A stretch of DNA of 5,149 nt, taken from Candidatus Iainarchaeum sp. GTDB lineage: Archaea > Iainarchaeota > Iainarchaeia > Iainarchaeales > CSSED10-239. The stretch lies in NCBI GenBank assembly GCA_028693335.1, contig JAQUVR010000052.1, positions 1 to 5,149 on the forward strand. The letters run 5' to 3'. Made by a program: the position numbers and the translations under genes. Below, in pieces: positions 1 through 5,149 of the stretch (the stretch's first letter is position 1; each line of letters opens with the position of its first letter). Below the pieces are notes generated by a model, which was not told the DNA's origin, ran no database searches, and was given only the letters and a program-made list of their open reading frames with translations.

Positions 1-613
1 CTACCATTTCTCTTATACTTTCGATTTCTTTTTTAAGCCCACCAATGTCATCATAAGTAATTCCTAGTTTATTTGCTTCTTCTGGTTTATCTGTTATTGT
101 TATTTTTGTGTCTTGTGTTATTATTACAGCGCCTTTAGGAAGTGTTTTAATAATCGTTAATTGTAAATCTCTTTGTTCACCATTTTTAGTAATCATTTTT
201 ATTCCTGGTATGATTACCGTGTTTTGTTCAATAATATTTTTATTTAATAATCTTTCTTTAATATATGCTAAAATATCTTGTCTTTTAAGATCTGTACTTT
301 CATCAGATGGTGATAGGACAACACTATTTGCAATTTGACAAACTGTTTTTTCAATAGTTACTTCTTCATCTATTTTTGCACCGGAGTTAAATCTTATTGT
401 AGCATCAATACAGATGGAATTTAGACCAGTATCAGAAATTTTTCCTTTTATTGCATACGCTATTGCGGATTTATTTGTTTTTATTCCTTGTATTTTTATA
501 GTGTCACCAGTAGATAATGCAAGTTTATCAAAAACAACTGGATCTATTTTAGCTATTCCTTTTCCAACATCACTAATGTCTATTTCTCTTACTGTTAAGT
601 ATGCTTTTTCCAT
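1..613 (-). CDS. cdc48: AAA+ ATPase of the CDC48/VAT family: N-terminal substrate-recognition domain and the start of the D1 linker. Partial; the gene continues beyond the window start.
   Basis: My own minus-strand translation from the ATG (complement of 611..613) is open to the window edge: MEKAYLTVREIDISDVGKGIAKIDPVVFDKLALSTGDTIKIQGIKTNKSAIAYAIKGKISDTGLNSICIDATIRFNSGAKIDEEVTIEKT...KPEEANKLGITYDDIGGLKKEIESIREMV. The pattern (V-R/A-E...DVGKGI-x-IDP...GD-x-I-x-I-x-G...IR-x-D/N...G) followed by I/VTY-D/E-DIGGL...REM is the classic CDC48/VAT N-domain to D1 junction. It is missing from the ORF track only because it is truncated by the window. A GTGAT Shine-Dalgarno-like motif (complement of 618..622) lies 4 nt upstream of the ATG. 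Confidence 0.9.
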   Translation of the reverse strand, partial: MEKAYLTVREIDISDVGKGIAKIDPVVFDKLALSTGDTIKIQGIKTNKSAIAYAIKGKISDTGLNSICIDATIRFNSGAKIDEEVTIEKTVCQIANSVVLSPSDESTDLKRQDILAYIKERLLNKNIIEQNTVIIPGIKMITKNGEQRDLQLTIIKTLPKGAVIITQDTKITITDKPEEANKLGITYDDIGGLKKEIESIREMV

Positions 614-646
614 TTTAATCACTTAATATATATAATAGAATAATTG

Positions 647-654
647 TTTATAAA
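647..654 (-). promoter_or_regulatory. Candidate archaeal TATA box for the CDC48-like gene
   Basis: TTTATAAA (self-complementary) lies 33 nt upstream of the ATG at 613. That would put a transcription start around 622-626 and give a short leader containing the GTGAT SD-like motif. The 101-nt spacer is so AT-rich that alternative TATA-like strings exist, for example TATATATA at 626..633. Confidence 0.3.
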
Positions 655-714
655 TTACTACTAATATAAGAAATAGGTTTGAAAATTATTAAAAATTTTG
701 TGTAATTAGCTTTA

Positions 715-2916
715 TTAATTTTTCTTTTTTTTAATACTTTTAGAAGTTGTTTTTTTTTCTTTTGTTGTTTTAGTTTCTTTTTGTTTTATTTTTTCCGTTT
801 TTATTTTTTCTTTTTCTGCGTTTTTTTCAGCTTTTATTTTTGCCTTTTCTTCTTTTGCTTCTTGTTTTTCTTTTAATTTTTCTTCATATTCTTTTTGTTG
901 TTCAATTCTTAATTTACATTTGTGATTTAAGCAAACTTCTATACCGCCACGTCTAGTTAATATTTTTATTATTGGGTATTTACATTCTTCACAAACTTTT
1001 CCAACGCCTTCAACTTTGTATTTTTGAGGCAACGGAAATGTGTTTTTACAATTTGGATATCCAGAACATGCAGCGAATTGTTTATTATTTTTACTTATTC
1101 TTACAATTAGATCTTTTCCACAAAGAACGCATTTACCAAGCGTATTATCGTATCTTGTTGCGGTTCTTAATTCTTGTGATATTTCTTGTTTTTCTTTTAC
1201 TAATATTTTTATAATGTCTTTTAAAATTTCTCTAGTTTCATCAACCACTTCAGTTTTTTTCTTTTTTCCAGCAGCAACAACATCCATTTCTTCTTCTATC
1301 ATTGCTGTTAATTTTGGTTTTGTTATTAATTGGCAATGCTTATTTAATACAGAACAAACTGCTATTGCTATATTTGTTGCAACTATGCTTTTTGTTCCTT
1401 GGACATAACCTCTATCTTTTAATTTTTTAATTATTACTGGTCTTGTTGATTTTGTTCCAAGGTTTTGTTCTTCCATTAATTTAATTAATCCACCTTCTGT
1501 ATAGTGATCTGGTGGTGTTGTTTCTTTTTGTTGTTTTTTCTTATCTATTATGTCTACAATATCTCCCACTTTTAGATCTGGCAAAATTACTTCATTTATT
1601 TTTGAATAAACATATATTTTTTTCCAACCAATTTCTAATATTCTTTGACCAGTTACAACAAAGGGCTCTTTTTTTACATCTATTATTGCAGATATATTTT
1701 CTGTTTTTGCATCAATATAAAGTGTTGCTAAAAATCTTCTAACAATCAAGTCATACACTTTTTTTTCTGCGCCAATTATTTTTGATGAATATGCTACCGG
1801 ATAAATTGGTGGATGATCTGTTGTTTCTTTTGGTCCCCTAGATGGGTTTATTGGTTTTTGTTCAATTTCTTTTATTACTTTTTTTATATCTGTTTCTGGA
1901 CAATCTGATAATGCATTTAAAATTTCTAAAAAATTTATGCTTTGAGGATAAACGGTATTGTCAGTTCTTGGGTAACTAATAAATCCTTGTTGATATAAAC
2001 TTTCTGCAAGGTTCATTGCTTGATTTGTATTAATTCCAATTGCAGCAGCAGCTCTTAAAAAGCTAGTTGTGTTAAATGGGTCTGGTCTTTTTAATATTTT
2101 TTCTTTTTTATTAATGGTTTTAACTACGCCAGTTTTTTCATCTTTTATTTTTTCAAAAATTTCAATTGCTTTTTTTAGATCAAATATTTTTCCATCTTTG
2201 TGTGTTCCAGTGAATGTAGCTTTGTCTTTTTGAAAGGTTAGATCTAATTCTATATATTTTTCTGGAGTAAAACTATTTCTTTCAAGTTCTCTTTCAACAA
2301 TGAAATTTAATAATGGGGTTTGTACTCTACCTGCTGACAAAAACATTTTTCCTTTTCTGTTTGCAACAACTGATAAATATCTTGTTAGTATTGCACCCCA
2401 TAATAAATCGATTTCTTCTCTTGTAAAAACAGAGTCTGCATAATTAAAATCTACTTCTCTTAATTGTTCTTCTTTAAATGATTCTATGATTTCTTTTTCT
2501 GTAAGTGCACTAAAATATGCTCTTTTTAATTTAAATTTATTATTTTTTTCTATTACGTAATTATATGCTTCGACACCAATTGCTTCTCCTTCTCTATCTG
2601 CATCAGTTGCAATTATTACTTTTTCCAATTCTCTTTTTTTTTTAAGTGTTGTAATTATTGCTTTTTCTGTTGGTGCATATTTTAGTTGTTTATCTGCAAG
2701 AATATCTAAATTATATGCACTCCAATGTGTATCACCATCAATAAAATCTACTGAATTTATGTGACCTCTAAGTGGTATTACTAGATATTCTTTTTTATCC
2801 AGTGTAAAAGAAAAAGTGTTTACTCCATTTTCGTTAATTGTTTCAAATTTATTTTTAGAAAGTATGCTTGCTATTCTCTTTCCTGCTATTGCTTTTTCTG
2901 AAATAATTAAATTCAT
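715..2916 (-). CDS. topA: Type IA DNA topoisomerase (archaeal TopA / topo III-like), 733 aa, with two C-terminal C4 zinc fingers and a Lys/Glu-rich tail
   Basis: TOPRIM signatures: catalytic Glu in MNLIISEKAIAGKRIA and the acidic cluster IIATDADREGEAIG. An archaeal/reverse-gyrase-like VIPLRGHI is present. Other family motifs are SAGRVQTPLL and the active-site tyrosine motif GFISYPRTDN, plus TDHPPIYP. Two topoisomerase-type zinc ribbons follow: CVLCGKDLIV...FAACSGYPNCKNTF and CEECKYPII...EVCLNHKC. The stop codon is TAA. Confidence 0.95.
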   Translation of the reverse strand: MNLIISEKAIAGKRIASILSKNKFETINENGVNTFSFTLDKKEYLVIPLRGHINSVDFIDGDTHWSAYNLDILADKQLKYAPTEKAIITTLKKKRELEKVIIATDADREGEAIGVEAYNYVIEKNNKFKLKRAYFSALTEKEIIESFKEEQLREVDFNYADSVFTREEIDLLWGAILTRYLSVVANRKGKMFLSAGRVQTPLLNFIVERELERNSFTPEKYIELDLTFQKDKATFTGTHKDGKIFDLKKAIEIFEKIKDEKTGVVKTINKKEKILKRPDPFNTTSFLRAAAAIGINTNQAMNLAESLYQQGFISYPRTDNTVYPQSINFLEILNALSDCPETDIKKVIKEIEQKPINPSRGPKETTDHPPIYPVAYSSKIIGAEKKVYDLIVRRFLATLYIDAKTENISAIIDVKKEPFVVTGQRILEIGWKKIYVYSKINEVILPDLKVGDIVDIIDKKKQQKETTPPDHYTEGGLIKLMEEQNLGTKSTRPVIIKKLKDRGYVQGTKSIVATNIAIAVCSVLNKHCQLITKPKLTAMIEEEMDVVAAGKKKKTEVVDETREILKDIIKILVKEKQEISQELRTATRYDNTLGKCVLCGKDLIVRISKNNKQFAACSGYPNCKNTFPLPQKYKVEGVGKVCEECKYPIIKILTRRGGIEVCLNHKCKLRIEQQKEYEEKLKEKQEAKEEKAKIKAEKNAEKEKIKTEKIKQKETKTTKEKKTTSKSIKKKKN

Positions 2917-2939
2917 TATTAATCTAAGATATTTTTTTA

Positions 2940-2947
2940 AATATAAA
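2940..2947 (-). promoter_or_regulatory. Candidate TATA box for the topoisomerase gene; the spacing implies a leaderless or near-leaderless mRNA
   Basis: On the minus strand, TTTATATT ends 23 nt upstream of the ATG (complement of 2914..2916). There is no Shine-Dalgarno-like purine motif in between (taaaaaaatatcttagattaata). The spacing matches the archaeal TATA-to-TSS distance of roughly 23-27 nt. Confidence 0.4.
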
Positions 2948-2971
2948 AAAATTAACTAAAAAATAGTTAAT
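2945..2971 (-). terminator. Hairpin plus U-tract terminator candidate downstream of the Lrp/AsnC gene
   Basis: Five nt after the TAA stop, the minus strand reads attaacta-ttttt-tagttaat-tttttt. This is a perfect 8-bp inverted repeat (2964..2971 pairs with 2951..2958) with a 5-nt loop, followed immediately by a T-run that reaches 7 when the last stem base is counted. The stem is weak, with only one G:C pair. In archaea the oligo-T tract alone may be sufficient. Confidence 0.5.
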
Positions 2972-2976
2972 GATCT

Positions 2977-3447
2977 TTAAAAAGTGGTTTGTAGTATTTT
3001 TCTTGGTAAATTTTTACTATTTTTGTGTTCTTTTAATAAAGTTAATATACTTATTTTTGTGATTCCATCTATCTTGAAAATATTATCTAATAATTGTTTT
3101 AGATCTGATTTGTCTATTGCCATTATTCTAACAATGATATTATATTCTCCAGTTACTTCAATTATTTCTTTAATATCTTCAATATCTTTTAATTTTTTTA
3201 AAATTTCATTTTGTTTTGATGGATCGATTGTTATTAGCATTTCTGCTTTTTCATTAAAGCCCAATATTTCATAATCAATCTCTGAACTGATGGCTTTAAT
3301 TATTCCTTTTTGCATTAATCTATCTAATCTTTTTTTTATTGCAACATCTGTTAAATTAATGTCTTTTGCAATATTTGCAAATGAGGCTCTTCCATTTATT
3401 GTTAGTTGCTCGATTATATATTTATCAATTTTATCAATTGCATGCAT
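2977..3447 (-). CDS. Lrp/AsnC-family transcriptional regulator, 156 aa (N-terminal winged HTH plus C-terminal RAM/ACT-like ligand domain)
   Basis: The N-terminus IDKIDKYIIEQLTINGRASFANIAKDINLTDVAIKKRLDRLMQKGIIK is the canonical HTH_AsnC pattern (D-x-x-D-x-x-I-(x)3-L-(x)3-R-x-S-(x)3-A-(x)3-(x)5-V-(x)2-R-(x)3-L). It is followed by an alternating beta-alpha-beta region (AEMLITID..., YNIIVRIMA...) of the right length for a RAM domain. A GTGA SD-like motif (complement of 3454..3457) sits 6 nt upstream of the ATG. The stop codon is TAA. Confidence 0.9.
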   Translation of the reverse strand: MHAIDKIDKYIIEQLTINGRASFANIAKDINLTDVAIKKRLDRLMQKGIIKAISSEIDYEILGFNEKAEMLITIDPSKQNEILKKLKDIEDIKEIIEVTGEYNIIVRIMAIDKSDLKQLLDNIFKIDGITKISILTLLKEHKNSKNLPRKILQTTF

Positions 3448-3458
3448 ATTTTTTCACT

Positions 3459-4172
3459 TTACCAATTTGGTTTTAATAGTTTATATTTATCTAGATATAC
3501 TTCTGTTTTTAATATTTCTATAAAAGGTATTACAAAAAGTATAAAAAACAAAGTAGATATTACAGATCCTGCAATAACACCAAATAAAACATCTAAAAAG
3601 TATGTTATTAATGTTAGTATAAATGCAGTTACAAACAAATAAACTAATAAAACTCCATTTTTTTTAAGATAATTAAAATTTATTATTAATGCTCTTTCTG
3701 TTTTTTCTTTTTCCATAATTACAATTTGTGGAATAAACCAAAAGATTGTGCTTATTATTAACAGGCCTACATTTATTAGTATGTTTTCTAAAAGTCCCAA
3801 ATCATATAAAAAACAAAGAACTATATACATTAGTAAATAAAATCCTAAATTAAATTTTAATAATTCAAAAAAAGGTTCCTTTATTTCTCGTGATTGTTTT
3901 TTATCAAATTCATATTCATTTTCAACTTTATAAATAATAATTGTTTGGAAAAAAGTAAATGCAGTAATAAATGATGCTATTGCAATTAAAGTTAATAGAA
4001 TTGTAAATGGATCTTGATTTAATATGTTATAAGATATGTTTAAGCTTCCACCAAAAAGACTAAACAATGGATTTATTAAAAAAAGTACAAACATCAATAA
4101 TAAACTTATTGAAAAAATTATTTTAATATTTTGAATATATTTTTTAATTGCTAGAACAATATCCATGCCCAT
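3459..4172 (-). CDS. Hypothetical integral membrane protein, 237 aa, about 6 predicted TM helices, family not recognised
   Basis: This is a long minus-strand ORF co-oriented with its neighbours. Six hydrophobic stretches of about 20-25 aa (IIFSISLLLMFVLFLINPLF, FTILLTLIAIASFITAFTFF, LGFYLLMYIVLCFLYDLGLL, ILINVGLLIISTIFWFIPQIVIM, VLLVYLFVTAFILTLITYFL, VIAGSVISTLFFILFVIPFI) are separated by short charged loops (KVENEYEFDKKQSREIKEP, EKEKTERA). The stop codon lies only 11 nt from the Lrp start. The start could instead be the second Met (complement of 4164..4166). No catalytic or transporter signature is recognisable by eye. Confidence 0.75.
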   Translation of the reverse strand: MGMDIVLAIKKYIQNIKIIFSISLLLMFVLFLINPLFSLFGGSLNISYNILNQDPFTILLTLIAIASFITAFTFFQTIIIYKVENEYEFDKKQSREIKEPFFELLKFNLGFYLLMYIVLCFLYDLGLLENILINVGLLIISTIFWFIPQIVIMEKEKTERALIINFNYLKKNGVLLVYLFVTAFILTLITYFLDVLFGVIAGSVISTLFFILFVIPFIEILKTEVYLDKYKLLKPNW

Positions 4173-4196
4173 AAATTATGCCTTTTTTATTTTTTG

Positions 4197-4212
4197 ATTA
4201 TATATTATATAG
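4197..4212 (-). promoter_or_regulatory. Candidate TATA region for the membrane-protein/Lrp transcription unit; the spacing implies a leaderless mRNA
   Basis: The minus strand reads ctatataatatataat, ending 24 nt upstream of the ATG (complement of 4170..4172). No convincing SD motif lies in between (caaaaaataaaaaaggcataattt). Confidence 0.35.
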
Positions 4213-4232
4213 ATAGATTTCTTTTTAAATAA

Positions 4233-5149
4233 TTAACTTTTTAATGCCGTTTGCTTTTGTTTTCGAAAATCCGTCTTTGTTTCGGTTTTTTTTGTGATCT
4301 CTGTTCCAATTAAATAATGTGTTTTTATTTCTGTGATTTTTACTTTTATTTTTTGTCCAAAATTTATTTTTTTATTTTTTATTATTACTTGTTTGTATTC
4401 TTCTGTTCTTGCAATGGCGTCTTTTTGGTTTTGGTCTACAATTACTACATCCTTTATTTTATTTAAATATTTTTGATTATTTTCATTTGAAATTTTTTGA
4501 CAAACGTCAGTTATTATTCTTGATCTGTCCTTTTTTATTCTCCCTGGTAGATCAGGATATTTATTTGCTTCAATGTTTTTTCTTAGCCCAAATCTAGATA
4601 TGTTAACTATATCGAATTTTAATTTTTTAATTATTTTTACAGTGTCATTAAATTGTTCTTTTGTTTCTGTTGGAAAACCAACAATTACGTCTGTTGATAA
4701 AGTAATTTTTGGTAATTCTTTTTTAAAATAACTCACAATATTTTCGCATTCTTTTGAGGTGTATGGCCTATTCATTTTTTTAAGTATCTCGTCATTTCCA
4801 CTTTGTATTGGCATATGCAAAAATTTATACATTTTTTCTGATTTTAAGATGTTTGCCATTTCTTTTTTGTATTTTAGCAAATATTTTGGGTTTGCCATTC
4901 CAAGTCTAACTTTAAAATCACCAGGGATTAAAATTACTTCTTTTAATAGATTAACTATGTTGGTGTTAATATCTTGTCCATAACAACCAGTGTCTTGAGA
5001 AGTTAAAAGTATTTCTTTTGCTCCATTTTTAATTGCTGAGTTTATTTATGAAATTATATTTGAAATGGGTTTACTATTTAATTTACCTCTTGCAAATTTT
5101 ACTGCGCAATAACTACAATTGCCTAAACAACCATTAGATATAATTATTG
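4233..5149 (-). pseudogene. Radical-SAM methylthiotransferase (MiaB/MtaB/CDKAL1-like, with C-terminal TRAM domain). Partial, with the N-terminus beyond the window end, and interrupted by one in-frame TAA at 5046..5048.
   Basis: Minus-strand translation in a single frame gives ..IIISNGCLGNCSYCAVKFARGKLNSKPISNIIS*INSAIKNGAKEILLTSQDTGCYGQDINTNIVNLLKEVILIPGDFKVRLGMANPKYLL...FLHMPIQSGNDEILKKMNRPYT...LSTDVIVGFPTETKEQFNDT...NISRFG...IKDVVIVDQ...GQKIKVKITEIKTHYLIG. It contains the CxxxCxxC radical-SAM cluster motif, the H-x-P-x-QSG-(x)3-L-(x)2-M-x-R motif, the D-x-IVGFP-x-ET motif and a TRAM-like C-terminus. The track ORF 4233..4898 begins at a Met inside the conserved R-L-G-M-x-N-P motif, so that Met is not a genuine start. 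The pseudogene label depends on the TAA being real and not a sequence error. Confidence 0.8.

Noticed and set aside
614-714. The largest intergenic spacer (101 nt) as a possible small RNA, tRNA or small ORF locus
   Set aside because: There is no ATG on either strand and no G+C-rich stems or tRNA-like arms. The only pairing is a trivial 5-bp AAAAT/ATTTT complementarity around 682..699. The spacer is adequately explained as topoisomerase 3' flank (T5 run on the minus strand at 691..695) plus the CDC48 promoter.
715-900. T-rich, quasi-repetitive DNA that could be mistaken for a tandem repeat or a non-coding low-complexity island
   Set aside because: It is the antisense of AAA/GAA-rich codons encoding the Lys/Glu tail of the topoisomerase and stays in frame to a TAA stop. 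There is no regular repeat unit or spacer structure, so it is not a CRISPR array or a satellite.
715-2916. Possible intein, insertion or gene fusion in the topoisomerase, or reverse gyrase
   Set aside because: At 733 aa the motifs are collinear with ordinary spacing (TOPRIM Glu, DxD, SAGRVQTP, YPRTD, two zinc ribbons). There is no helicase domain or Walker motifs, and no intein-like Cys/Ser..HN junctions interrupt conserved blocks.
4197-4212. A palindromic TATATA-A-TATATA element as a candidate Lrp operator
   Set aside because: (TA)n is self-complementary by construction, so the dyad symmetry carries no information. It is more simply a TATA box. Lrp autoregulation here remains untested speculation.
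4233-4898. The track ORF treated as a stand-alone 221-aa gene starting at MANPKYLL
   Set aside because: The same frame stays open and family-like for another 49 codons upstream, to the TAA at 5046..5048. The Met sits inside the conserved R-L-G-M-x-N-P motif of methylthiotransferases. It is an internal residue and not a start codon.
108-4983. Ten plus-strand ORFs from the six-frame track (108..338, 414..626, 972..1214, 1040..1408, 1512..1742, 2984..3274, 3290..3523, 3406..3642, 4409..4597, 4759..4983)
   Set aside because: Each lies antisense to, and mostly or wholly inside, a minus-strand gene with strong family signatures. Their translations are F/L/I/S-rich low-complexity strings, as expected from reading A-rich codons backwards. 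None has recognisable motifs or an upstream promoter or SD context. They are shadow ORFs.
5046-5048. TAA reassigned to an amino acid (alternative genetic code) as an explanation for the in-frame stop
   Set aside because: All four complete genes in the window (topoisomerase, Lrp, membrane protein, methylthiotransferase) terminate at TAA exactly where homologous proteins would be expected to end. No other in-frame TAA occurs in roughly 1,600 codons of conserved coding sequence here. I know of no established prokaryotic code that reassigns TAA.

Overview
This window is about one quarter G+C by eye (not computed). It is roughly 95% coding, and all five real genes lie on the minus strand. In window order they are: (1) the 5' part of a CDC48/VAT-type AAA+ ATPase gene (1..613, runs off the window); (2) a complete type IA DNA topoisomerase with two C4 zinc fingers and a Lys/Glu-rich tail (715..2916); (3) an Lrp/AsnC-family regulator (2977..3447); (4) 11 nt upstream of it, an unrecognised ~6-TM membrane protein (3459..4172); (5) a radical-SAM methylthiotransferase of the MiaB/MtaB/CDKAL1 type (4233..5149, runs off the window) that carries one in-frame TAA. 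A CDC48 with an N-domain, Lrp/AsnC, TATA-like boxes 23-33 nt upstream of start codons and GTGA(T) Shine-Dalgarno motifs together point to an AT-rich, streamlined archaeon, possibly DPANN-like. That lineage assignment is inference only. Every plus-strand ORF in the track is an antisense shadow. I see no mobile element, CRISPR array, RNA gene or recognisable defence or novel multi-gene system, so this looks like a housekeeping region. The points worth a second look are the interrupted methylthiotransferase, the membrane-protein/Lrp gene pair, the topoisomerase tail, and a hairpin-plus-U-tract terminator overlapping the next promoter.
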